Under the pieces are notes generated by a model. That model was given only the letters and a program-made list of their open reading frames with translations, searched no databases and was not told the DNA's origin. Of a stretch of 64,000 nt of DNA, positions 1 to 16,672 are shown one piece after another (the stretch's first letter is position 1; each line of letters opens with the position of its first letter). Source of the stretch: Heterodontus francisci (lineage: Eukaryota); contig NC_090411.1 of assembly GCF_036365525.1 (NCBI RefSeq), positions 32,008,432 through 32,072,431 of the forward strand. The letters are read 5' to 3'. The position numbers and the translations under genes were made by a program.

Positions 1-494
1 TACTTACGAATGTCTGGGATGAGTGAGTGCAGAAATACTTGGGTCAGGTAGTTATAACACTCTATGTCAGGTTAAAATTTTCCCTCACAATCAAGTCTCA
101 ATAGACTTCAGTTTTGCAGAAGCAACAACACAGGACTTTACAACTCCTAAATTCCCTGGGGCTTGACCTCCATGTTGCACTTAGACGGAGCAACAGAGTT
201 CTGTTCGAAGCTCTCCACTTTTCATTTCCCCAACATGTCAGTTGGTTTGCAGATGTGCTGTGGAATGTTTCGGGCTGGACAATCTTTTTCAATATATTGT
301 GGTTAGCATTGTTAGAATAGATTCATTCTACACCCATCAAACGCAGTGTCAATTCTCCAAGAGATGGATCTAATTGTGTTCAACACAAAATGAAGTTCCA
401 TTTGCAGACTGCTGCAATTATGTTGACAAACTCTGAATCTGAGAACAGATTCGATCAGGTTCACTTTGAGAAAACTCCAAGAAGCCAACATCAA

Positions 495-1290
495 ATACAT
501 CATTGACAAGATTCTACTCAAGAGATTAGGAAAAACGGAAGCACGTGGAATTGCAGGAAACCTTTAAACATGGTTGTGGAGTTGGTTGGGAGGTAGGAAA
601 CCGAGAGTAGAGATAATGGGTATGTACTCCAATTGGCAGGATACGACGAGTCATCTCTCCCAGGGATCTGTACCTGGGCCTCAGTTTTTCATTACATTTT
701 TAAATGACATGAAGGAATCGAGAGCCATATATCCAAGTTTTCTAATGACACTAAGTTAGGTGTTACAGTAGGTAGAGTAATTTGGAGCAGAAAATTGAAA
801 AGGGATGTTGATAGATTAGGTGAGTAGCCAAAACTATGATAGATGAATTTCAATGTCAGATAGAGCGAGGACAGAGAGACATAAATCAGAATATTTTCCA
901 AATGGAGAGGAGCTAGGAACTGTGGAGGAGCAGAGAGAGTTAGGGGTCCGTGTACAGAAATTACTAAAAGCTAGTGGACTAGTACATAAATGAAGTAAAA
1001 TGTCTAATAGACTGTTAGTCTTCATCTCAAGGAGTCTGTAAAACATAGGGTGGAGGTTATGCTATATTTGTATAAAGCCCTGGTTAGATCACATCTGGAG
1101 TACTGTGTTCAGCTTTGACATATTGACCTTGGTGGGAGTGCAGCACAGATTCACCAGAATGATACCAGGGATAAAAGGGTTAAATTACGAGGACAGTTTG
1201 CATGAATGACTTTTGTATTTTTCAAGTATAGAAGAGTAAAGAATTATTATAATTGATATGTTGAACATGAATAATAGATATGATAAGGTA
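495..1290 (+). mobile_element. Old degenerate CR1-type LINE ORF2 fragment (ancestral part of the repeat unit)
   Basis: Decayed RT-region translations (SQGSVPGPQFF; LVRLHLEYCVQ and RFTRMIPGIKGLNYE in sister copies). Homologues at about 6405-7700, 13600-14175, 18057-18844, 24590-25565, 29170-29960, 35545-36330, 53590-54370 and 59915-60700. Confidence 0.75.
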
Positions 1291-1291
1291 T

Positions 1292-2294
1292 CGTTGTGAC
1301 GGCGTTGCTATATTTCTCGTTGGTTTTTGTTGAGGACTCATATTTTACAATGATGGACATTGTTCTATTTTGGGAAAATTGAAAAGGATTGTATGGTTAT
1401 TTTTTCACTGGGGTCATTGAAAGGGCACTGAGAGGACTTATTGTAAACAACACTCACTGGAAGTTACCTGTCTTCAGATAAATATCAGCAGGGGCTTTTT
1501 GACTTGGAGACGATATTTACAGAGAAGTGACAGGTCAAAATGTACAGGGGTCAGGAGGCTTGACTCTTGAGATATTGTTTTTGGTTTTGCTTTGAACTGT
1601 GTATTGGGGTATAAGCTGTTTCAAGGCAATTGGAGAAAACCAGCCAAGAGAGCAGTCACCATCAGCATCCTCTTCCATCTTTTTGAGAACTTCCTGTGAA
1701 TTAAGTGTAAGAAATAGAGAAACTGATGCTGCATGTCTCCTGAAAAGGCTGCCAGAAACCCCTGATGGTGCATCTCACCTGGAAAACCAGCCAAACTGAT
1801 CTTCAATGTCGCCTGAAAAGAACTATTCTGGAAAGATCCCAGTGGCAGCCGCCTAAGGGTATTTGGGACACCAAACAAAAAAAGGGACAACTGACATCTT
1901 TCCATATCTTCTCTTTTATCTGCAAGAATTAGCAAGTATCAGGCCAAAGTATTCCTTTTTGTCTTGTTTTTATAACAGAGTTCTAAAAAGAAAATCTTTT
2001 TTTTCTGGTTCTCCAGTGTGTGTGTGTATATTTGTGTGAGGGGCTAGGGTAAAAGGGAACTTTCATTTTTCAATCGGTGTGTTATTGCTTTGCTTTGTTA
2101 CTGGTTAATTCTTGTTTGATAATAAATTGATAATTTTGTTATTAAATAAACCTGGTTAGTCTATTTATACTGGGGTAAAAATAGAGCATATGATTGACCA
2201 AATCAGTAACTGGGTAAACATTTAAATACATGTTGTGACCTATGGAGAAGCGGGATTAGAATAAAATTGCACTCCTCCCACCTCGGTCCAAACA
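1292..2294. mobile_element. About 1-kb solo-LTR-like insertion splitting the old LINE
   Basis: Starts (t)gttgtgac or tgttataac and ends cggtccaaaca or cagtcagaaca (TG...CA), with an internal AATAAA near the 3' end. LINE sequence resumes after it. The uninterrupted site is seen at about 7405-7440. Confidence 0.55.
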
Positions 2295-2607
2295 GAAAAT
2301 ACAGAGGAACAATTTTCTCTGGTGACATAGTCCAGGACAAGGGGTATAATCTTAAAATTAGAGCTAGACCATTCAGGGGTGATGTCAGGAAGCATTTTCT
2401 CACAAAAAGTGAAATGAAAAGCCGGAACTGTCTCCCCCAAAATGTTTAGATCAATTAAATATTTCAAAAGTGAGATTTTTGTTAGGTTTGGGTATGAAGA
2501 AATATGGATCCAATGCAGGCAAAATGCATTTAGATACAAACCATGATCTAATTGAATGGTGGAACAGGCTTGAGGGGCTGATTGGCCTCCTCCTGTTCCT
2601 ATGTTCC
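2295..2607 (+). mobile_element. 3' end of the old CR1-type LINE abutting the ferritin promoter
   Basis: Translation GYNLKIRARPFRGDVRKHF resembles a CR1 ORF2 C-terminus. The tail ccatgatctaattgaatggtggaacaggcttgaggggctgattggcctcctcctgttcctatgttcc follows. Confidence 0.75.
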
Positions 2608-2867
2608 AATCACAGTCTTATCATCCAAACCTGCCTGAATTCCACAGCTCTCATTGTGTCTGGGTCCACCCCCACAACCCGTCTACATTGTTAATTGGTG
2701 CCTGGATTCATGAGCGATTCCTGACTGGCTACCTGGAATTGTCAATCATCATTAATGATGTCATTCCCTGTTTGAATGCAGGCTGTCCCAGTAGCATAAA
2801 TACAAGAGCTTGGGTAGGAAGCAGTTAGATTGTTGTTTGAACTTAGCTTCTGTTAGTAGTAAAGATT
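2575..2867 (+). promoter_or_regulatory. Putative ferritin core promoter and short 5' UTR (representative; homologous upstream of all 11 copies)
   Basis: GATTGG at about 2580 and CCAATC at about 2606, CRE-like TGATGTCA at 2756-2763, and TATA-like CATAAATA at 2795-2802, about 70 nt before the ATG. The same order and spacing hold in every copy. Confidence 0.6.
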
Positions 2868-5476
<2,609 letters not shown>

Positions 5477-5556
5477 TTAGGGTTCTGCAACAATTAGTTC
5501 TGTACTTGCTGAATGCTTTTTGATTGCCAGTTTTCTCATCTCTTGCTGTATATAGA

Positions 5557-5562
5557 AATAAA
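5557..5562 (+). terminator. Polyadenylation signal of copy 1 (equivalents follow every complete copy)
   Basis: AATAAA about 80 nt after the stop codon, followed by T/GT-rich sequence. Conserved in all copies. Confidence 0.7.
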
Positions 5563-6909
5563 AGTATTTATCATGGATCTGATCTTTGTATAATTCAATA
5601 GTTGATTTGATTCTTCAGATCATTATGCATAGTTACATACTGATTCCATTTAAACCTTTCCCTCTCCCTGGCCAGCCTCCCAAATTTGGTTCAATGCCTT
5701 CCGAGGATAACTTACTCACATCTCCCAATTTTCATCGAGAAGCTTGTAGAGGATATCTGAAATATGCAGTTTCTGCTACAGAAGTGTTCTTGCTGCTGTA
5801 GGTGAAGTAGCATGAACTTGTGGAATATGGGGAAAGGATACTCAATTTCTACCTGCATATGATCTTTTTGTCCACTTATTATAGACAAGAATTAACCACC
5901 TTTAATCTGCCATTTGATTAACTAATATCTGTACCCCTAATTCACCTAAAGGTTATGTTTACCAATGTCTAGCCTCAGTACAGGGAGATGCTTGGGTGAG
6001 GTAGTAGGAGACCCCTACGAGTTGACCTCCTAAATCTTCCCTCATAATAGTCTTGCACGTTGCAGAAAGTGCACTGCGACTTTACAGGTCTTAAATTCCA
6101 TGGGGATTGTGCTCCATCTCTCCAGCGTTATGTGGAGCAACAATGATCACTTTAAAGCTTCTCCATTTTCTATTTTCCTAATTTGCTGGTTAGGTTGCAG
6201 AGTCAGTGTGGATCACTTTCCATCTATTGTGGTCAAGATTGGTATCCCTGACTTGGTCTGGACCCACCTGGCCGTACATCAATTTTCCAAGCCATCTTAA
6301 TTTGGATCTAACTGTGCAAAATGGAATTTCCATTAACAAACTCATACAATTACATTATGAATTGCTGACTCTGAACAGATTCAGTTTGAGGAAAGCCAAT
6401 ATCAAATACATCACGGACATGGTTCAACACAAGAGGTAAGGAAAAATGGAAGCCTGTGCAATTGGAGGAAATCTTTATTTATGGGTGGAGATTTGGTTTT
6501 GAGGTGGGAGACAGAGTAGGGATAATGGGTATGTACTCCAAACTATGGCTCGTCATCCTTTCCTGGGATCTATACTGTGGCTTCAGCTTTTCATTATATT
6601 TATAAATGATATCGGTGAAGGAATAGAGTGCAGGATATGCAGGTTTTCTGATGCCACTATGTTGGGTGGCACAGTTAGTAGTGTAAATTGGAGCAGGAAT
6701 TTGCAAAGGGACATTGATAGAGTAAGTGAGTGTGAAAAATTATGAATGATGGAGTTTAATTTGAAGTCAAGGTTCCATGTACAGAAATTAATAAAAACAT
6801 TGAAAAAACAAAATCAATGTTCATCTCTCACGAGGGCTGAAAATCAAAGTGGTGGAGGTTATGTTACAGTTGTATAAAGCTCGGGGTTAACCACATTTGA
6901 AGTACTGTG

Positions 6910-7239
6910 TTTTTTTTTAAGAGATACAGCACTGAAACAGGCCCTTCGGCCAACCGAGTCTGTGCTGACCATCAACCACCCATTTATACTAATCCTACAC
7001 TAATCCCATATTCCTACCCCATCCCCACCTGTCCATACATTTCCCGACCACCTACCTACACTAGGGGCAATTTACAATGGCCAATTTACCTACCAACCTG
7101 CAAGTCTTTTGGCTGTGGGAGGAAACCCACGCAGACACAGGGAGAAGTTGCAAGCTCCACACAGGCAGTACCCAGAATTGAACCCGGGTCGCTGGAGCTG
7201 TGAGGCTGCAGTGCTAACCACTGCGCCACTGTGCCGCCC
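6910..7239 (-). mobile_element. tRNA-derived elasmobranch SINE (HE1-like)
   Basis: Reverse complement of gggcggcacagtggcgcagtggttagcactgcagcctcacagc (A box) ... gggttcaattc (B box) ... gaagggcctgtttcagtgctgtatctc tail. Confidence 0.85.
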
Positions 7240-7970
7240 TAATAGTTCATTTCAATCTATTGGCCTTGGTGGGGGCACAGCACAGATTCACCAGAATGAT
7301 ACTCAGGCTAAATGATAAGGTCACTTTGCACTGACTAGTCTGTATTCCTTCGTGTATTGAAGATTAAGTGATGATTATAATTGAGCTGTTGAAGATAATT
7401 AATGGGTTTAATAACGTAGATAGAGAGAAACTATTTTCTCTGGGACAGGGCTTCATCTTCAGATTAGGCAATTCAGGGATGATATTAGGAAGCATTTCAT
7501 CATAACACGGGAAAATAGAAATCCGGACCTCTCTTCCCCAAAATGGATCAAGTCAACATTCAAAACTGATGTTAGGTTTTTGTGAGTTAAGGTCATGAAA
7601 TCATGAACCAAGGCAGGGAAATGGCATTAAGACACAGAGCAGCCATGATCTAATTGAATGGTGGAACAGACTTGAATTGGCCTCCTCCTGTTCCTTTGTT
7701 CCAATCACAGAATAATCTTGTAAACCAACCTGCATTCCACATCCCTGATTGGCTCTGGGTATCTCACCCCACCCACTGCTCCTTAATTGGTGTCTTGAGA
7801 CATGAACGATTCCTGACTGGCTATCAGGGATTGTCAATCATCATTGGTGATGTCATTCCCTGTTTGAATACAGGCTGATCCAGTTGCATAAATACAAGAG
7901 CTTGTGAGGGAAGTGGTTAGATTGCTGTTGTTGTGTTTGAATTTAACTTCTGCCAATATTAGAAGTGAAA

Positions 7971-9953
7971 ATGGCTTCCCAAGTGCGTCAGAACTACCAC
8001 AAGGACTGTGAGGATGCTGTTAACAAGCAGGTTAACCTGGAACTCTATTCCTCCTATGTTTACCTGTCCATGGTGAGTTTTGTATTTTTTGGGGTCCTAA
8101 TTCAAAATTCAGGCTGTGACTTCATTGTATGCTGTTGTTTAATGAATTGGCTTTAGGATGTATCTCAATAGCCCTCCCTGGACTTAATCCAGTGGATTAT
8201 ATTTAATAGTAATTCTGTAGAAGGTCTCATTAACAGACTGCTCCCGGCTCTGTAGTTGTCTTATTCGGAGATATTTTATACCTGAAACCAGCTCCATGGT
8301 TCCATGAAGCTTGTAATTGAGGATTCATCTTGAAGTATTAACTTGGTCAAATTTGTAACTTGGATGAAAACAATTAACTTTAATTGGGTGTCTAGTGAGT
8401 GAAACATGGAATGGTTTTTCCCAGTTTTCTCTTTTTCCTAATTGAGTGAAATTCTTTGAATCCTCTCTGTCGTGGAACCTGGATCTTGGTACTTGATCGT
8501 GCCAAAATGTTAAACTGCTGAATGTGGAAGGTTTTACTTTTTTTTTTTTAAATCCCTGATATTGAACCTGAATTGATGAAGTGGGGAGGGAGGGAAGAAT
8601 GTCCCACTGAAATTTGAGCTTTCAACCTGCACTTGGACCTCTAATAGATTCTACCAAAAAATATCATGGATCCCTCTTGTCTAATTTTAGCCACTTGCCT
8701 TGTTTCTACTTCACGAGGAGGGACTTTCAACCTTTTCAGAAAAGATTCATGAAGCCAATTGTGCTTTGTGTAAGAATCATACTTTCTCCCTTAAACTGTA
8801 AATGCTTTCAAAAGCAAGGTATTGAAGCCATGAATGGGTATTTCATCTACTATGATGCAGCCACCATTTTTGATGTGACCATGGAGGGAATTTTGGATCT
8901 GACCTGGCTTTCTTCAATTTTTTTTTTTTGTCTCTACCTACAGTCCTATTACTTTGACCGGGATGATGTTGACCTGCGTCACTTTGCTGAGTTCTTCAAG
9001 GAGCATTCACATGAGGAACAAGAGCACGCTGAGAAACTGATGAAATTCCAGAATAAACGTGGAGGCTGAATCATCTTGGAGGACATCAAGGTTGGATTCA
9101 ATGCATGTGTGGCCTCCTGTCTGTAAACTGATGCTTTAGAAAGTATTTGAAAGAATTGATTCCATGGTTTACTGCAGTAATTGTATACATTTGTGACCCA
9201 CTAGTTGCTTTTCCCCATTGTTCACCTTCTACTTTCTCATGTGTTTTTGTTTTAATCCATTGTAAGTGAACTGTCTGACTTTCCTCTTCAGAAGCCAGAG
9301 CAGGATGAGTGGAGCAATGGTCTGGAGGCAATGCAGAGAGCTCTGCAGATGGAGAAGGATGTGAACCAGAGTCTGCTGGATCTGCACAAACTCTCCACTG
9401 GCAACACTGACCCTCATGTAAGTTCCTAACATTGCAATTTTTCATGCACTGGTGATATTGGAATCTGCCCTTCACTCTACATTGGTAAACTTCTGTGTCA
9501 GTTTGTTTCTCGTTTTTAAATTTTTGTTTTTATGCCAAGAAGCCATCTACGCTGTAGACCTGGATCATTAAACTGTTCCCAAGGCACTTTGTATCTGCAG
9601 CATCAAAATGTTTCTTGTGCAGTCCATTCCCTGTTTATTAAAATTGGTTTGCCATTTTTGGGTAATTCTGCTCTTGTCTGATTAAATGTGCCCATGTCAC
9701 ACTGTCCCAATTCCAAACAAGTGTAATTTCTCTTCTGGAGAAGATCCTCATTAAACATCTGTTTGGCATTTTCTATTTCATGTTCTAGTTGTGTGACTTC
9801 CTGGAGACTCACTACTTAGATGAACAAGTGAAGATGATCAAGAAGCTAGGAGATCACATCACCAACCTGAAGAGACTGGGAGCCCCTGACAATGTCATGG
9901 GAGAGTACCTGTTTGACAAGCTCACCGAGTTGATTAGCGTTATAGAACCATAG
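7971..9953 (+). pseudogene. Ferritin pseudogene, copy 2
   Basis: Exons 7971-8072, 8944-9090, 9292-9417 and 9789-about 9953. In-frame CGA>TGA at 9067-9069 in exon 2. A 2-bp deletion near 9926 frameshifts the C-terminus. Missense changes include A>D, R>Q and G>V. Confidence 0.9.
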
Positions 9954-10589
9954 TTCTGTAATATTGGTAGAAATAAAATGTGATCCATTTCTGGTTATTA
10001 TGTAGATTTCTCATTTCTTGCTGTCTGTGGAAATAAAAGTATTTATCATGGAGTGATCTTTGTTTTTCTTTGTATAGATAAGTAACTCATTTCATTATTC
10101 AGATTACCAAGATACCTAGCTGTTTAATATCTGGTTCCACTGCAACTTTACCATGCCTTTTGAGTTTTGCCCTCCTACGTCCAGCTTCTGAGAACTGATT
10201 GAATGTCTGCTTTGGCCAGTTTGCTCACATCTTCCAATTTCAGTGAGAAACTTGTAGGGAATATCTGAAATATGCAGTTTTTATCACAAAGTTAGTTTCT
10301 TACAGCTGCAGATGCAATGGTGTGCAACATGAGGAAGGGATGCTGAATTTGGTTTTGATCCCTGTTCTCATTGGACCACAGGGCAATGCAGAGAGTTTTG
10401 GTAGAGATGTGAAGATGCTGCCAGGTGCACAAAGGAAGATCTATTCCGGTTAACTGATTGTATGTCCCAAGTACTTGTACTCTTAGGGGGTTTGGGCAAG
10501 AGATGAAGGAGTAGCTGAGGCGAACCTTTTTTTATATATACAGCCAGTGTTAATAAACTGGACCTTCCATAAGTGTAGCCAAAAAATGA

Positions 10590-10722
10590 CAAAAAAAGGA
10601 AATTGGATGAGCATATGGAGGCAAAAAAACGTGTAGGTGTAAGAGTAGGGGAATGGGACTGAATGCATTGTACTGGTCACCAGAGCCTCCGTTGACTGAA
10701 TGGCCTCCTGTGTCATAAATGA
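10590..10722 (+). mobile_element. Short old CR1-type 3' tail fragment in the spacer
   Basis: aaaggaaattggatgag...ggggaatggg...ctgaatggcctcctgtgtcataa, homologous to CR1-like tails. Repeated at about 17345, 28445, 34835, 46225, 52845 and 59205. Confidence 0.55.
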
Positions 10723-11510
10723 CTGATACTATTCATTATAAAATATTCACCATCTTAATCTGCCTCGTGGCCAGGTTGTCATTTGTTCAACCATTACTTG
10801 CACCCCTATTCACCAGGAGCCATTCTTACGAATGTCTGGGATGAGTGAGTGCAGAAATACTTGGGTCAGGTAGTTATAACACTCTAGGTCAGGTTATAAT
10901 TTTCCCTCGCAATCAAGTCTCAATAGACTTCAGTTTTGCAGAAGCAACAACACAGGACTTTACAACTCCTAAATTCCATGGGGCTTGACCTCCATGTTGC
11001 ACTTAGACGGAGCAACAGAGTTCTGTTCGAAGCTCTCCACTTTTCATTTCCCCAACATGTCAGTTGGTTTGCAGATGTGCTGTGGAATGTTTCGGGTTGG
11101 ACAATCTCTTTCAATATATTGTGGTTAGCATTGTTAGAATAGATTCATTCTACACCCATCAAGCGCAGTGTCAATTCTCCAAGAGATGGATCTGATTGTG
11201 CTCAACACAAAATGAAGTTCCATTTGCAGACTGCTGCAATTATGTTGACAAACTCTGAATCTGAGAACAGATTCGATCAGGTTCACTTTGAGAAAACTTA
11301 AAGAAGCCAACATCAAATACATCATTGACAAGGTTCAACAGGGGCTGAAAATGGAAGCCTGTGAAATTGGAGGAAACCCTTAACATATTTGGAGATTTGG
11401 TTTTGAGGTAGGAGACAGAGAGTAGGGATAATGGCTATGTACTCCAAGCTATGGCTCATCATCCCTTCCAGGGATCTATACTGGGGCCTCAGCTTTTTGT
11501 TATATTTATA

Positions 11511-13554
11511 TAAGGGAAAGAGTAGAGACCAAAGCGGAAATCTGTGTGTGGTGCCAGAGGACGTCAGTGAGGTTTTAAATGATTACTTTTCATCTGTGTT
11601 CACTATGGAGAAGGACGATGTAGGTGCAGGGAGGGGGATTGTGATATACTTGAACAAATTAGCATTGAAAGGGACGAAGTATTAACTGTTTAAGCAGGCT
11701 TCAAAGTGGTTAAATCCCCAGGCCCCGATGAAATGTATCCCAGGCTGTTATGTGAGGCAAGAGAGGTGATAGCAAGAGCTCTGACACAAATTTCCAAATA
11801 CTCTCTGGCCACAGGAGAGCTGCCAATGGACTGGAGGACAGCGAATGTGGTACGATTATTCAAGAAGGGTAGCAGGGATAAACCAGGTGAGTCTAACATC
11901 AGTGGTAGGGAAAAAGTTCTGAGGGACAGGATTAATCAAGAATAGTCAGCACAGCTTTGTCAGGAGGAGATCATGGCTAACTAACTTGATTGAATTTTTC
12001 GAGGAGGTGACTAGATGTGTAGATGAGGGTAAAGCAGTTGATGTAGTCTACATGGACTTCAGTAAGGCTTTTGATAAGGTCCCGAATGGGAGATTGGTTA
12101 AGAAGGTAAGAGCCCATGGGATCCAGGGCAATTTGGGAAATTGGATCCAAAATTGGCTTAGTAGCAGGAGGTAGAGGGTGATGGTTGAGGGTTGTTTTTG
12201 CAATTGGAAGCCTGTGACCAGTGGTGTACCGCAGGGATTGGTGCTGGGACCCTTACTGTTTGTAGTGTACATTAATGATTTAGATGTGAATACAGGAGGT
12301 ATGATCAGTAAGTTCACAGATGACACGAATATTGGTGGTGTCATAAAGAGTGAGAAGAAAAGCCTTAGATTACAGGATGGGCTGGTAAGATGGGCAGAGC
12401 AGTGGCAAATGGAGATTAATCCTGAGAAGTGTAAGGTGATGCATTTTGGGAGGACTAACAAGGCAAGGGAATATACAATAGATGGTCGGACCCAAGGAAG
12501 TACAGAGGGTCAGAGGGACCTTGGTGGACTTGTCCATAGATCACTAAAGGCAGCAGCACAGTTAGATAAGGTGGTTAGGAAGGCATATGGGATTCTTGCC
12601 TTAATTAGCCAAGGCATAGAGTATAAGAACAGTGATGGAGCTTCATAAAACACTATTTAGGCCAGAGCTGGAGTACTGTGTACAGTTCGAGTTGCCACAC
12701 TAAAGGAAGGACTTGGTTGCACTGGAGAGGATGCAGAGCGTGTTGCCTGGGCAGGAACATTTCAGCTATGAAGAGAGACTGGATAGGCTAGTGTTGTTTT
12801 CCTTAGAGCAGAGAAGACTGAAGGGGGACCTGATAGAGGTATACAAAATTATGAGGGGCATAGATAGATAGGAAAAAACTTTTTTCCCATAGCAGAACAG
12901 CAGAAGGGCGGCACAGTGGCGCAGTGGTTAGCACTGCAGCCTCACAGCTGCAGGGACCCGGGTTCGATTCTGGGTACTGCCTGTGTGGAGTTTGCAAGTT
13001 CTCCCTGTGTCTGCGTGGGTTTTCTCTGGGTGCTCCGGTTTCCTCCCACAAGCCAAAGACTTGCAGGTTGGTAGGTAAATTGGCCATTATAAATTGTCAC
13101 TAGTCTTGGTAGGTGGTAGGGAAATATAGGGACAGGTGGGGATGTTTGGTAGGAATATGGGATTAGTGTAGGATTAGTATAAATGGGTGGTTGATGGTCG
13201 GCACAGACTCGGTGGGCCGAAGGGCCTGTTTCAGTGCTGTATCTCTAATCTAATCTAAGAGGTGTCAATAACCAGGGGGCATAAATTTAAGGTAAGGGTA
13301 GGAGGTTTCGAGAGGATTTTAGGAAATATTTTTTCACCCAGAGGGTGGTTGGAATCTGGAACACATTGCCTGAAGGGGTGGTAGAGGCAGGAACCCTCAC
13401 AACATTTAAGAAGTATTTAGATGAGCACTTGAAACGCCATAGCATACAGGGCTATGGGCCAAGTGCCAGAAAATGGGATTAGAATAGATAGGTGTTTGAT
13501 GGCCGGCACAGACACAATGGGTTGAAGGGCCTGTTTCTGTGCTGTATAACTATA
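11511..13554 (+). mobile_element. Younger 5'-truncated CR1-clade LINE (HER1-like), defective reverse transcriptase
   Basis: Motifs KSPGPDEMYPRLL, DWRTANV, VVYMDFSKAFDKVP, GVPQGLVLGPLLF, ISKFTDDT and WAEQWQMEINPEKCKVMHFG. In-frame TAG at 12172-12174 plus frameshifts. The 3' tail ends gaagggcctgtttctgtgctgtataac. Confidence 0.92.
12906..13258 (+). mobile_element. Full-length HE1-like SINE nested in the LINE
   Basis: gggcggcacagtggcgcagtggttagc...ggttcgattc...tcagtgctgtatctc followed by a (taatc)n tail. Confidence 0.88.
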
Positions 13555-14336
13555 AATGATTAGATTAGATTAGATTAGAGATACAGCACTGAAACAGATG
13601 ATATAGATATAGATGAAAGGATAGAGTGCTGTATATCCAAGTTTGCTGCTGACACTAAGTTAGGTAGCACAGTAAGCAGTGTAAATTGGATCAGGAATTT
13701 GCAAAGGGACATTGATAGATTAAGTGAGTGAGCAAAACTGTGATTGATGGAGTTCAATGTGAAATTACTAAATTACTAACAACTAATGGACACTTACATA
13801 AATGTATTAATAAGTCTACTAGAAATTTAGTCTTCATTTCAAGGGGGCTGGATTACAAAGGGGTGGAGGTTAAGCTATATTTGTATAAAGTTCTGGTTAG
13901 ACTACATCTGGAGTACTGTGTTCAGCTCTGATATATTGGCCTTGGAGGGAGTGCAGCACAGATTCACCAGAATGATACCAGGGATTACAGGGTTAAATTA
14001 CTTGTACAGTTTGCATAGAAGAGTCTTGTATCCCCTCGAGTATAGATGATTAAAGAATGATTATGAAGCAATATGGATCCAATGCAGTCAAATGGCCTTA
14101 AGAGACAAACCATGATCTAATTGAATGGTGGAACAGGCTTGAGGGGCTGATTGGCCTCCTCCTGTTCCTATGTTCCAATCACAGTATCATCATCCAAACC
14201 TGCCTGTATTCCACAGCTCTCATTGTCCCTGGGTCCAACCCCCACAGCCCATTCGACACTGTCAATTGGTGCCTGATTCCTGAATGATTCATGAACTATT
14301 CCTGAATGGCTACCTGGAATTGTCAATCATCAATAA

Positions 14337-14384
14337 TGACGTAATTCCCCTGCTTGAATGCAGGGTGGCCCACTAGTATAAATA
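14337..14384 (+). promoter_or_regulatory. CRE-like motif and canonical TATA box of copy 3
   Basis: TGACGTAA at 14337-14344 and TATAAATA at 14377-14384. Confidence 0.6.
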
Positions 14385-14448
14385 CAAGAGATTGTGTAGG
14401 AAGTAGTTAGATTGCTGTTGTTTAATTTTTTAGCTATTATTAAAGATT

Positions 14449-16672
<2,224 letters not shown>

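Noticed and set aside
114-1935. Repeated short ORFs in spacers (MQKQQHR..., ...GENQPREQSPSASSSIF...)
   Set aside because: They have non-ATG starts and variable stops or frames among copies. They recur only because the unit is duplicated, and some lie within the LTR-like element.
11706-12648. Reverse transcriptase ORFs next to a repeat array, suggesting a retron, DGR or CRISPR-like system
   Set aside because: The context is eukaryotic, and this is an ordinary 5'-truncated CR1-clade LINE with stops, frameshifts and FTDD in place of the usual FADD. No short repeat-spacer array is present.
12906-12980. tRNA-like sequence with A and B boxes
   Set aside because: It is the head of a SINE and continues into the SINE body and LINE-like tail. 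Not a tRNA gene.
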